Shown here: positions 27,647 through 37,651 of the stretch, piece by piece
How the letters are laid out: each line of letters begins with the position of its first letter
Numbering within the stretch: the first letter of the stretch is position 1
NCBI GenBank assembly: GCA_009926845.1
Contig: RFOF01000001.1
Location: forward strand, 1-61,567
Source: Alphaproteobacteria bacterium
GTDB taxonomy: Bacteria; Pseudomonadota; Alphaproteobacteria; Rickettsiales; SXRF01
Length of the DNA: 61,567 nucleotides
Direction of reading: 5' to 3'
Made by a program: the position numbers and the translations under genes
The notes under the pieces: generated by a model
Database searches by the model: none
The model's input: the letters and a program-made list of their open reading frames with translations, nothing else
What the model was told of the DNA's origin: nothing

Positions 27647-29224
27647 ATGAACAATCCACTAACAGACTCTTTGATTTTATCAGAAACGTGGTTTAATTCA
27701 TATTCAGCGATCAATGCGTTTTTAGCCTTTGGCTGCTTGTTTTTTATGGTTTGCCTTGGGTGTCAACGCCCAGAACGTATCATGCGGCCCGCGTTCATCA
27801 TCGCAGCGATAACATTATTACTTTATCAGCTGCCATTAGCAGTTTTTTCTCCATTGTTTTCCACACATCTTCCCAATGCAATCTGGTTTTTCACAAGTAT
27901 CCATACCGCAGTAATCATAAATCTGCTGTGGGTTTATGCCACCCCAAGATTGAATAGGAATACCGCTATAGTCCACAAAACAACAAAAGCTCTGCAAGAA
28001 AGTTATCTCCCATACTATTTTCAAGGATTGGTATTTTGGTTTCCGCTTTCTATTTTTTTTGTGTTGCTTGGGCTATATTTTTATAAAATTCCTTTTAATT
28101 GTACGGCATTATATGCCCTATTCACCGAGAAGCACTTAACCCTACTCGTGCGAGAAATAATTGGTAAATTGATGGGCAGAACTTATGCCCCACATCTGCT
28201 GAATATCATTACCAGTGCCGTTGCTCCAATCACAGCCTTCTTACTAATCGGTAAAATCTATTTTGATGCTAAGTCTAAAAAATTCATCCCTGTAATACTC
28301 TGGGTATTCATACTTGCAATTGTCATTATTGCCCCGCTACTGGGTGGTGCAAAAGGCTCCATTATTCCAATGGCAGTTGCACTATCAGTGGTTGGCTTTC
28401 TGGTTGCAAAAAATTGGAAATGGAAAATTATTATTGTAAGTAGCCTTATTTTACTCTTTGCGACTACAATAATTTTTGTAAAAATTACGCAAGAAAGTAG
28501 CGGTGGCAATGGCAAATATCAATTTGGAAGCTGCATCGTCAAGCTAGGTGTATGCGATAGAGTAAGGCCGCTACTAGAATCACTCCGTCCACCGAAATCC
28601 TATTATGAAATGACTAGTGAGAAAATTGCCGACCTTAGTAACGAAGTCACAAGATTTTGCAATAGTGCTGCAATCGTAGCAAAGCCGTTACCCGCCATAG
28701 ACGATGAAAAACAGAACCCTATACAGTCAGTAAAAACTATACGCACACATATTCTGGGCTTAGCTTACAGGGTTCTTGTCAACCCACTACAGGTTGCCTC
28801 GTGGCATTATTTATATGTTGCCGATTATGGAGCGCCAGGATTTTCTGGGCTTTCTATCGCCAAGTTTTTTTCTAACAACTATATTAGCGTCCCCGCAAAG
28901 GTTTGCGATATATATTATTCTGGCGACAAAACTTCTACCTGCACTGCGCCAACCAGCTATTTATTTACTTACCCTGCCTATCTTGGAACATTGGGATTAT
29001 TGCTGGCTGGCTTCGCAACCATATTTTTTGATGTCATCTTTGCATTGTTAATTAGGTACTCGGCAAAGCCATTTGCCGATTTAACCCTTGGAGTGATGGC
29101 GGTTGCCGTTGTAAATTTAATAGTTGCAGATTATACAACCGTAATAATTTCTCACGGTGCAGGCATTGCTGTTGCAATACTAACGATTATATTCTTGCAC
29201 CATCGCACTAGGAATATAAATTAG
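27647..29224 (+). CDS. Polytopic membrane protein, function unknown (possible second polymerase or glycan-modifying enzyme)
   Basis: It is 525 aa with many TM helices and a roughly 110-aa soluble loop containing several Cys. No domain was recognised. Confidence 0.5.
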   Translation: MNNPLTDSLILSETWFNSYSAINAFLAFGCLFFMVCLGCQRPERIMRPAFIIAAITLLLYQLPLAVFSPLFSTHLPNAIWFFTSIHTAVIINLLWVYATPRLNRNTAIVHKTTKALQESYLPYYFQGLVFWFPLSIFFVLLGLYFYKIPFNCTALYALFTEKHLTLLVREIIGKLMGRTYAPHLLNIITSAVAPITAFLLIGKIYFDAKSKKFIPVILWVFILAIVIIAPLLGGAKGSIIPMAVALSVVGFLVAKNWKWKIIIVSSLILLFATTIIFVKITQESSGGNGKYQFGSCIVKLGVCDRVRPLLESLRPPKSYYEMTSEKIADLSNEVTRFCNSAAIVAKPLPAIDDEKQNPIQSVKTIRTHILGLAYRVLVNPLQVASWHYLYVADYGAPGFSGLSIAKFFSNNYISVPAKVCDIYYSGDKTSTCTAPTSYLFTYPAYLGTLGLLLAGFATIFFDVIFALLIRYSAKPFADLTLGVMAVAVVNLIVADYTTVIISHGAGIAVAILTIIFLHHRTRNIN

Positions 29225-29376
29225 ATGCTCACCGACTCTTGGCAAACCATTTACTGGCTAATAAATTTAGGTGCTTCGCTATGTGATTTAGCGTTTGCAG
29301 GGAATATCCGACACAGTCCCTAATGGTATTCTTCTGTTTTTGCAGATTGGCGACAAGCAAATACGTTAAGCAATAA

Positions 29377-31734
29377 TCACGGCAATTTAAGAAGCGCCCG
29401 TTTAACTCTTACTCGTGAATTTCCGTAATGCTCTATGCCAAATTGTACAAATTTAGCCTTTGGTGAGGTTTTGAAACGATAAACAAAATTTCTTTCGCTA
29501 TAACGCTCGCTTAAAATAGTTTCAGTTAAAAGATATTTTTCTTCTACAATATGCCCTTGTTCGTCATATTGTGTAAGCCAAAAACGAACCAAGCCATACC
29601 CCTCTATGTCCAGCTGTATCTGGTATTCGCTTGCCTCATGAGCAATGATCGGCTTGGTTTGCAACAACACTGAAATGTCACGCTGAAAAAGAGAAAATGG
29701 TAATTTGGTTTCGGATTTTATTTCGCTGCTCATTGTTTCTGCAAATAATCCAACCCCAGCCAATGCTTTCCTGCCGCCAATGAGGAGCATTTGCCTCCTT
29801 TCCCAACCTGCATTAGGCGGCATAAAATCAAAGTTATTTGGTGATTTTATGGGTAATATCCTAGCATTTATTGCATAGAGCTGATGACCATCCGCACTGT
29901 AGATCAGTGTAGAAAACCGGCTTTCACCAACAATGCTTTGCATACTAGAATTATAAAAAGTTGGCTGAGCATTAGCTGTGACATAAATATGGGTCACACC
30001 CAGTTTTTTTAGTAACTCAACCCCCTGCTCTGGTGTCTTTGCTTGATAAAATTCAAGCAGACTCGGGGCTAAATTACCCAGCATTTTCCTATTTGAATAA
30101 TACATATCTCCGGATAGGGTTGCATAAACTATAGAATCTTCTGGCAAATTCTCCTTTATAAATTCCATAACTCGTTGCTGTGGTGGCTCAGATCTGCTTT
30201 CCTGCTGCAAATAAAACACTCCGATCTGCAATAAAAGCAGAACCATAACGATACCCGCAAAAGTGCGACGAAGCCTTGTTTTTCCTCGCAAATCAAAACA
30301 GTTTGAAAGAACAAATCCCGATAGAACCGCCACACAAGGTAGCAAAATCAACATATATCGCTCAATGCGAAACATCTGATTCACGCCTAGAGCAATGGCA
30401 AGCACCACTCCAAAATGATAGAGTAAAACTACTGCTAGTGATGCCCATAATATTTTTTTTGGACTATCGTTATTTCCGATAACAAATTGACGAATTGAAT
30501 ATAGTGAGGGCCTTTTAAGCCAGAGAAATCCAGCAGTCATAAGCCAGAATAAAAGGCCATAAGCCTCAAGAGCAAACCAACCTTTGAAAACGCCGTACTG
30601 AATTTGTGCCGTAAGACTATCCACGCCACGGCCGATAAGAAAATAGTCTTTCCATGCAAGATTTTGCAGCTGAAAGACCAGAGGATTATCCGTAATAAAT
30701 GAACCAATTTTTTTATAATTATTCAGATATGGGGCAATGCCAATGGCAATACTTATAGGAATTATAGCCAAAATTTGCTTGGCAAGACGCGGCCATTTGC
30801 CAACCCCATTATAAAAAACCAACCCCGCTATTAGTAACACAGGAAATAAAACCGCTTGCGAATGCACCCAGAAAGCGATGCCGAGTACGCCTCCTTGCAA
30901 CAAACCAAGCCTTATAGGCGATGCCGAGAATGAGAAAATACTTGCAAATACTAATGTAAAACCGAGTACTGATAGTGGATCAATTAGTGATGCAGTTGCT
31001 CCCATAAACAAGAGCGGGGTAGAAATAAATAATACCGCAGCAAAAAGCCCGGTACGACGATTTATCATAGAGCCAAAAGAAAAAACCACCCCGGTAGCTA
31101 CAAGTAAACACCAAGGGCTGATAAGCCTCATAAGAAACGGCATATCGGCATTATCTTGTAAAAGATATGAGGCATAAACTAATGCTACATAAAGCGGGGG
31201 ATGAGTTACGGGTGCATAAAACCCTGATGGGTGATTGCTGGCAACGACTGGCGGGTAGCTCGCAAGTGTATTGGTATCAAAAACAATTCGCCCCATTTGT
31301 GCATATTCTAAAGCATCCGTTTGCATAAGCGGAGTTTTCAGCGCGCTTGCTATAAGAAAAATGATAAACCCAGCAAGCAAAACAATTGATAGTTTTTCAT
31401 CCCCAAAATACCGATGGCTAGAGAACGATGATGCAGAAAAAGAGGGGGGCTTAATATAAAATGAAGTCAGATAGGATAAAAGAATGCAGCATAGTAAACT
31501 CATGAAAATAAATGCGGAATGAGCCAAATGACTCTGTTCAGGCAATAATTTTAGTGCAAATATAACAATAAACCCCAATAAAAATGGTGCAAGAGCCGCA
31601 CCAAAAAACAACGGCATATTAGATTTACGAGCAGCTTCAGACCACGGAAGAAATCTTACCAAGTGTCCGGTTGCAAAATGGCTGAGTAAAATAACTACCA
31701 ACCACGCCAATAAAGAAGCTGACTGTTCGTGCAT
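29377..31734 (-). CDS. Large membrane protein, putative GT-C-fold (ArnT/PMT_2-like) glycosyltransferase with a C-terminal periplasmic domain
   Basis: It is 785 aa. The N-terminal roughly 520 aa are polytopic and the C-terminal roughly 250 aa are soluble. It lies in the same operon as a GtrB/ArnC-like GT2. The assignment rests on architecture only. Confidence 0.5.
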   Translation of the reverse strand: MHEQSASLLAWLVVILLSHFATGHLVRFLPWSEAARKSNMPLFFGAALAPFLLGFIVIFALKLLPEQSHLAHSAFIFMSLLCCILLSYLTSFYIKPPSFSASSFSSHRYFGDEKLSIVLLAGFIIFLIASALKTPLMQTDALEYAQMGRIVFDTNTLASYPPVVASNHPSGFYAPVTHPPLYVALVYASYLLQDNADMPFLMRLISPWCLLVATGVVFSFGSMINRRTGLFAAVLFISTPLLFMGATASLIDPLSVLGFTLVFASIFSFSASPIRLGLLQGGVLGIAFWVHSQAVLFPVLLIAGLVFYNGVGKWPRLAKQILAIIPISIAIGIAPYLNNYKKIGSFITDNPLVFQLQNLAWKDYFLIGRGVDSLTAQIQYGVFKGWFALEAYGLLFWLMTAGFLWLKRPSLYSIRQFVIGNNDSPKKILWASLAVVLLYHFGVVLAIALGVNQMFRIERYMLILLPCVAVLSGFVLSNCFDLRGKTRLRRTFAGIVMVLLLLQIGVFYLQQESRSEPPQQRVMEFIKENLPEDSIVYATLSGDMYYSNRKMLGNLAPSLLEFYQAKTPEQGVELLKKLGVTHIYVTANAQPTFYNSSMQSIVGESRFSTLIYSADGHQLYAINARILPIKSPNNFDFMPPNAGWERRQMLLIGGRKALAGVGLFAETMSSEIKSETKLPFSLFQRDISVLLQTKPIIAHEASEYQIQLDIEGYGLVRFWLTQYDEQGHIVEEKYLLTETILSERYSERNFVYRFKTSPKAKFVQFGIEHYGNSRVRVKRALLKLP

Positions 31735-31742
31735 ATTCTCTA

Positions 31743-33740
31743 CTAGCCATGCAAATTCATAGTATCAAGCATATTTACACGCTTAATAGTATCGTTGAAA
31801 TCCAGTCCGATAGTATCTAAATACCAACGCAGCGATGCTATGCGAGGTTGATTTTCTAGCAGGACTTGCTCCATTGCATATTCGCGGGTTATCATACCTT
31901 CGCGGATTTGGTTGCTGCGAAATGTATCAAACTCACTGAACCCACGGGCGGTTAAATATATATAGTTGTAAAATGGAGCTGTGCCATCGCCAATGCGCCA
32001 AGTGCTTGGGCTATCGGGCGACATTTCAAAATCATATGCACCTATAATGGTTTTATTTACCTCATCTTCATTCCAAACCATATGATTGAATATAAAATAG
32101 AAATCGCGCCTTGGCTCAACATAATAAGCAAGAAAAGACGTAAATGTATCTATCAACGAGCTATTGAGATAGCTGGTGTTATTCATAAACTGACCTGCAA
32201 AATGAGCAATCATTTTCAGCTTACGGCTCATTGACAAATAATCCAGACGCGTTTTATCAAAATCAGGCGCAATACCACAAAAACCAGATTTAAAATCTGT
32301 ATTTTCCAAAGGATTGGCACACCATAAATCAAGATTAATTCCAGTCTGACGCTTCAATTTATTAACCAGTGAAAAAAAATGCTTATCACCTGCCATAAAT
32401 AATGGCACCATGCCCAAGTCTGGCTTTTTTAACCACGCCGCCACATTTTTGCGTATATTTTCGCGCTTTGTTTTTATATCAGCGGAAACTAAAATGTTTT
32501 GAACTCCAAGTTCTCCACAAAAACGAGCAATGTTTCGCCTTGCCAAATCCGTTACCATTCCCCAATCGTAGGTGAATGTTATCGGCGTAAGGTTAAATTC
32601 TTTTTTGATCAAATGCAATCCATAGCAACTATCACGCCCACCACTAAATGGCACGATTACATTGGGATTATTTCCGCCGCCAGTACGATATTTTTCCAGA
32701 GAAGCAAAAAAATCGTGTTTAGCTATTTCTGGGTTCAAGTTCTTATATTTAGGCTGGTACCCACGGCAATAATTACACACTCCTTTCTCGTCAAAACTGA
32801 TAAAAGGAAATGTCTCAGGTAAAATACAGCATGAGCACCGCTTTAAATGGGCAAGATTTTTGGCATTGTAGCGCACAAACCTTTCATCGGCAGTGTTATT
32901 GATAATGTTATATTCTTTGTGGTGACGAGACGACAGAGAGGTATCGCTATTTGCTGATGCAGACGATATAAACGTAAATTCCTGAAGCTGCAAATCTGAA
33001 AGCCTCGCATGTAACCCCGTTTTGGGTGAAACCCATGCAGCTTCTATTTTTTCTTTTATTGCTGGCAATGCCTTTTGCATTGCTTGTTCTAGTATGTAAC
33101 GCTCGGAAGCGAACGCCATGAACTTGTGAGAGCTATTTAAATAGTAAAATAAGTCTCCAGTATTGGTTGCGAGCACGATGCCATCAGATTTGGCCTCAAG
33201 CCATGCAATTGAAGCTGTGCCCTTTATATCTCTGAATAATTCACTAGTTGCAGTTGCTGGATCTTTTGCGTCATTTATCGCTTTGGAAAGTATCGCTGCC
33301 GCTACTTCAGTGTCAACTTCGGCAGCGCGCCGCAAATCAGGATTCTTTTTCCATAATTCATCGACATTAACGATAATCCCATTATGCACTATTGATATGC
33401 CATTATAGCAAATAGGCTGGTTGTTTTTAGCGTCATCAGCCCTGCCGTTGGTAACCAAGCGAGAATGGGCAATCGCGGCTATTGCTCCTTTGGTTTTGTG
33501 TGCTTCGGTGAATACTTCTTTTAATAGCGCCTTATATTCTCTTGATTTGATAAATTCTGATGCAGGTCGGGCGCTTTTTAGTGTCCAACTTCTGCCGCTA
33601 GCAGGCAGATATATATGAATCCCCGCTGATTCTTTACCCCTGCTTTCTGAAAACAGATAAAGCTGTTGCAAAACTTTTTCTATTTCTTTGTCCGATATAT
33701 TGGCATCTTGAGGCGCAACAATGCCAAAAACTCCACACAT
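31743..33740 (-). CDS. Fusion protein: class-II (Ntn) glutamine amidotransferase domain plus WbuX/WbpG-type N-acetyl-sugar amidotransferase (PP-loop)
   Basis: The start is taken at 33740, so the protein begins MCGVFGI, giving the catalytic Cys2 of Ntn GATases. AAGGA lies upstream. The C-terminal half has a zinc-ribbon-like CCILPETFPFISFDEKGVCNYC and the PP-loop VPFSGGRDSCYG. The track ORF extends to 33767. Confidence 0.8.
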   Translation of the reverse strand: MCGVFGIVAPQDANISDKEIEKVLQQLYLFSESRGKESAGIHIYLPASGRSWTLKSARPASEFIKSREYKALLKEVFTEAHKTKGAIAAIAHSRLVTNGRADDAKNNQPICYNGISIVHNGIIVNVDELWKKNPDLRRAAEVDTEVAAAILSKAINDAKDPATATSELFRDIKGTASIAWLEAKSDGIVLATNTGDLFYYLNSSHKFMAFASERYILEQAMQKALPAIKEKIEAAWVSPKTGLHARLSDLQLQEFTFISSASANSDTSLSSRHHKEYNIINNTADERFVRYNAKNLAHLKRCSCCILPETFPFISFDEKGVCNYCRGYQPKYKNLNPEIAKHDFFASLEKYRTGGGNNPNVIVPFSGGRDSCYGLHLIKKEFNLTPITFTYDWGMVTDLARRNIARFCGELGVQNILVSADIKTKRENIRKNVAAWLKKPDLGMVPLFMAGDKHFFSLVNKLKRQTGINLDLWCANPLENTDFKSGFCGIAPDFDKTRLDYLSMSRKLKMIAHFAGQFMNNTSYLNSSLIDTFTSFLAYYVEPRRDFYFIFNHMVWNEDEVNKTIIGAYDFEMSPDSPSTWRIGDGTAPFYNYIYLTARGFSEFDTFRSNQIREGMITREYAMEQVLLENQPRIASLRWYLDTIGLDFNDTIKRVNMLDTMNLHG

Positions 33741-33744
33741 TGCT

Positions 33745-35055
33745 TTATTCCTTGATTGAGTTGGCAATCATATTCCAGCCGAGCAATCTCTTGCTAAAAA
33801 ATATCATTACCACAGTTCCTACAATATAGCTAAAAGCTGTTGCTGTTGCTGCGCCGACAATACCAAAAACGGGGATAAGCAAAAGGCACAAAACGACATT
33901 AACCAATGTAATGCTGATATTTTGAATGGTTTGCTGAGTCGGGTGGCCACTTGCCAGCAATAAATTATCAAACGGAGTAAATCCAGAAATTATTATATAA
34001 GCACCAAATAAAACAGCGAGTATTTTCCACCCCTCAATTAAGCTTTTATCGTGCGCAAAATAATTCGTAAACACATAAAAACTAGGAATAACTAAGACGG
34101 CAAATATAATCACTCCAAACAAAACATATATTTTAGAATAATGCAGAAGTTTTTTTGCTTGTACCCAATCCTTATCACGCATTGCAGCAACCAACACAGG
34201 GCTAAAATTAACCCGCAACATAGAAAGAATATGCTGCAACCCATCCACCAGCATAGCTGCAAAACTATAAACTCCAACCGCGCTATCGTTCAAAAATATT
34301 CCTATTAGCAATACGTCTACCCGCGTATTCATATCCAAGAACATGCTGCCAAGCGCGCCTTTGCCGCCGAATACCAAATGCTCCTTTATCCATTTTTTTG
34401 TAACCCGCAAGCACTTGAGCAGACCCGCCTTTTCCATGTAAATTAGGGTGGAAATAGTGGTAAGCAACTCAGCTGCAAAGAAGGAAAGAGAGGCAACTGT
34501 GAAAGGCAAATTAGAAATGCTAACCACCGCAACAGCACCAAGAACAGTTAAATAACGAGTGGCTTGTAAAATCGCCAATGCACGCATATGGCGAAGCCCA
34601 TTTATATAGCCAATCAACACCTTATTCAGAGGAAATAACATCAGTCCGAAACCGGTATAGCTAATGGCCTGCGCTGATGCTTTGCTAGAAAAAATCATTT
34701 CATACAGTGGGGTTGCCAAATAGACCGCTCCACCTATCACTACCCCAAAAACAAGGGTAAGCAACATAGCGCTTGATAACATTTGTCCACGCTCAAAAGG
34801 ATCTTCCGCATGATAGGCCGAATAACGCATAACTGAGTTATGAATGCCCATCACGGCTACTTGTGAGCCAATAAGATAAATTGCATATGAAAGATTAAAG
34901 ACTCCAAGGGCTGCCGCATCCCGAAACAATACGATCATGATATTCATTAAAATCCCGCTAACCGCAAGGATACCGAAGCTCATGAATGTCCACGCGATAT
35001 CGCGGTTGATTTTATGAGTTAGCGCCGAACGTAAAAAATGGAATACGAAACGCAT
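33745..35055 (-). CDS. Wzx-like polysaccharide flippase (MOP/MATE-like)
   Basis: It is 436 aa with about 12 TM helices and the flippase-family N-terminal pattern. Confidence 0.7.
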   Translation of the reverse strand: MRFVFHFLRSALTHKINRDIAWTFMSFGILAVSGILMNIMIVLFRDAAALGVFNLSYAIYLIGSQVAVMGIHNSVMRYSAYHAEDPFERGQMLSSAMLLTLVFGVVIGGAVYLATPLYEMIFSSKASAQAISYTGFGLMLFPLNKVLIGYINGLRHMRALAILQATRYLTVLGAVAVVSISNLPFTVASLSFFAAELLTTISTLIYMEKAGLLKCLRVTKKWIKEHLVFGGKGALGSMFLDMNTRVDVLLIGIFLNDSAVGVYSFAAMLVDGLQHILSMLRVNFSPVLVAAMRDKDWVQAKKLLHYSKIYVLFGVIIFAVLVIPSFYVFTNYFAHDKSLIEGWKILAVLFGAYIIISGFTPFDNLLLASGHPTQQTIQNISITLVNVVLCLLLIPVFGIVGAATATAFSYIVGTVVMIFFSKRLLGWNMIANSIKE

Positions 35056-35062
35056 TTTATTA

Positions 35063-36064
35063 TTATTTACGAACTATATCGCGCGTCATCATCGGTGGAT
35101 TTAGATGCTTGTTTTCATCATAATCAAACCACATGGCGAACCCAAATGAATTGAAGCTGATAGAAAATGAAAATAGCCAAGTTAGAAAGGTTATTTCAGG
35201 CACATGCCCAATGGATGTCCAGAGCCAAATTAAACGCACAAACATAATCGCGCTAAGGGTTAGCGTAAAGAATCCAAAAGCGTAAAAGAAAACCAATGGG
35301 TGAAAATTGCGGATGACATATTTTTCTTTAAGTCGCCAGAAGAATAGGCGCAACAACAGATAATTGATAGTGAACATCACCACACGTATTTTAATGCCAG
35401 ACACCTCTCCAACATTATATACAGGCTCAACTGGAACATCGATCACCCGCATATTTTCTACATTGAGCTTTACCAATAAATCATTGGGCTGCCCGTAGCG
35501 TTTATACATTTTGTCCCAATCAATCGCCCACAGCGCTTTGGCGTTTATGGCGGTGTATCCAGTCTGCGAATCCGCCACTCGCCAATAACCCGATGCAATT
35601 TTTGTCAGTAACGACAAAATAGAATTCCCAAAGAAGCGAATTTTGGGAATTTTGCGGAAGGCATTGCCAGTCACCAAGCGATTGCCCTTAGTATAATCCG
35701 CTATATCGCTTACCACAGGATCAAGAATAGCTGGTAAATCTGCAGGGTTCATCTGTGCATCACCAGCCATCACCACAGCAATGTCAATTCCGTTATCCCT
35801 GCTCCATTTATAACCAGTGGCAATCGCTCCGCCAACACCCTGATTCACTTCATGCTCGAGCAATATTATTTTGGGGGTGCCAAACGCAGGATGGTTGCGT
35901 ATGACCTCTGAAGTTCTGTCTTTGCTGACATCGTTAATAATGACGATGTGATCGACAAAATCAGGCATCGTATCAATTACTTTAGTAATTTGCGTCTCTT
36001 CGTTGTGGGCAGGAACAACAACGCTTATTTTATGACCATTATACATAGTTTTCCTGTGGTTCAA
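35063..36064 (-). CDS. GT2-family polyprenyl-phosphate glycosyltransferase (GtrB/ArnC/DPM1-like) with two C-terminal TM helices
   Basis: It has ISVVVPAHNEE, DDVSKDRT and a DAQ (DxD-like) motif. After the GT-A domain come two hydrophobic helices (LVFFYAFGFFTLTLSAIMFV and FLTWLFSFSISFNSFGFAMW). Confidence 0.8.
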   Translation of the reverse strand: MNHRKTMYNGHKISVVVPAHNEETQITKVIDTMPDFVDHIVIINDVSKDRTSEVIRNHPAFGTPKIILLEHEVNQGVGGAIATGYKWSRDNGIDIAVVMAGDAQMNPADLPAILDPVVSDIADYTKGNRLVTGNAFRKIPKIRFFGNSILSLLTKIASGYWRVADSQTGYTAINAKALWAIDWDKMYKRYGQPNDLLVKLNVENMRVIDVPVEPVYNVGEVSGIKIRVVMFTINYLLLRLFFWRLKEKYVIRNFHPLVFFYAFGFFTLTLSAIMFVRLIWLWTSIGHVPEITFLTWLFSFSISFNSFGFAMWFDYDENKHLNPPMMTRDIVRK

Positions 36065-37575
36065 ATACTATTATTTAAGATATTCACTTTGATTTGTTTA
36101 TCGCTTAGGGGGCCAAATACCCCCTCACCTATTTTGAAATGGGTTATCTTACTACTGTCAAAGTCATGTAACAGTGTTTCTGCTATTTTATATCCATCAT
36201 TGTAAACAGAGAGCGTATTAGAATTTATTTGAATATTTAAACGCACCTTATCATCAACAAAAGTGGTTAGGCAATTGGAATCAGTTTTTATATGAATCTT
36301 ACCGTATTCATCAGCCTGTGATTTTGACATAAACCATGGTCGTTTAACATCTTTATGCCAATTTCCTAGATTTCCCGTTGCAACGAGAAGAGAGTTCCCA
36401 TAAGTAGCCATAGACGTGGCGCGTTGCCCAAACATTGTGTTAGTATCGTAGACCCCATATGCACGGGATTCTAAAAGATCTTTGTAAGGGATTTCTCCTT
36501 TTTTTAAACCTAACGGAGATGTAAAGAGGCGTTGCGGCTCTTTCCATTGATTACTATCTAGCGGCTTTTCCCACACTTCGCCTCGAGGCCAGAAACCAGC
36601 ATATAAATCGCCACAAAAAAGGGCAACAGACTGTAGCTCAAGATTTTCATGGCTATCTTTGTTATACGGGCTGAGCGATGTGGGATGCAAAACACCATCT
36701 CCTAGCAACCAAAATCTGCCGGTTGGGAATTCTCCCATGAGAGTGCCATCTTTGGTTTTAATGGAGGAATAGATTTGCCAGCCGCCGTGAGCTGTAATTG
36801 CGGTCATTTCTTTGTTGCACTTGTATCCACCATTGGTAGTTTTTTCGCCTCTACACCATCCATTTTTGCTATGGAATAAAACATCCGCTTTGTTGGTTAC
36901 TGCTACTGTATTTACATTATTTCCACCGTAAGAAAACACGGCGGAATCTGGTGCAATTTCAATCTCAGAACATTCCTTTGAATTCGTCACTTTACAAGCA
37001 CTCAACATCCATTGGCCAGCGTCTGTTTTGTCCAATGAATATTGGTAGCCCAGATTTTTAAAGGGCTCACGCGAGACTTGTAGAGTCCATTTCTCAAACA
37101 TATATTTTCCATTGTCTATTTCTTTCATCGGATAATAATATCCGTCAGGATCAGAAGATGACGAATTAAACAGGTAAAGTTCATCATTGTTCTTCACTAA
37201 ATATGTGCTGTGTGCCCCCTCAACTGCTTCAGGAGACGCCACAAAAGGAGAATCCATATTGGGGCTACGTACGAATAATTGTAATTCCCCCAATGAATTA
37301 GCAGAAAAACTATTCCAGAAAAGAGGGAAGCCTGCGGAAAAGAGCAGCTTATTATCTTTTGAATACCCTGATATTAGGGTTCCACTCAATGTGGACTCCG
37401 CCAGTGGAACCGGAGAGGAAATGTCTATGGAAATGGTTTTGCCAGAGTCACCATAAGGATTCGGCATTCGTGACTTGGGTAGCGGGGTGTTATTACAAGA
37501 TGAGGCTCCAAAAAGAATTGTCACCATAAGAATAAACTTAATCCATTGCTTTGCGTACAGAAAAAAATAACTCAA
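36061..37575 (-). CDS. Lipoprotein of unknown function
   Basis: It is 504 aa. The signal and lipobox read LMVTILFGASSC. No domain was recognised. Its stop overlaps the GT2 start (ATGA). Confidence 0.6.
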   Translation of the reverse strand: MSYFFLYAKQWIKFILMVTILFGASSCNNTPLPKSRMPNPYGDSGKTISIDISSPVPLAESTLSGTLISGYSKDNKLLFSAGFPLFWNSFSANSLGELQLFVRSPNMDSPFVASPEAVEGAHSTYLVKNNDELYLFNSSSSDPDGYYYPMKEIDNGKYMFEKWTLQVSREPFKNLGYQYSLDKTDAGQWMLSACKVTNSKECSEIEIAPDSAVFSYGGNNVNTVAVTNKADVLFHSKNGWCRGEKTTNGGYKCNKEMTAITAHGGWQIYSSIKTKDGTLMGEFPTGRFWLLGDGVLHPTSLSPYNKDSHENLELQSVALFCGDLYAGFWPRGEVWEKPLDSNQWKEPQRLFTSPLGLKKGEIPYKDLLESRAYGVYDTNTMFGQRATSMATYGNSLLVATGNLGNWHKDVKRPWFMSKSQADEYGKIHIKTDSNCLTTFVDDKVRLNIQINSNTLSVYNDGYKIAETLLHDFDSSKITHFKIGEGVFGPLSDKQIKVNILNNSI

Positions 37576-37651
37576 TTTATTGTCCTCATAATTATATGAT
37601 TACCTATGAACCAGAGGGCTGTAAGCTATTAAATGGCTTATGAATAAGCAC

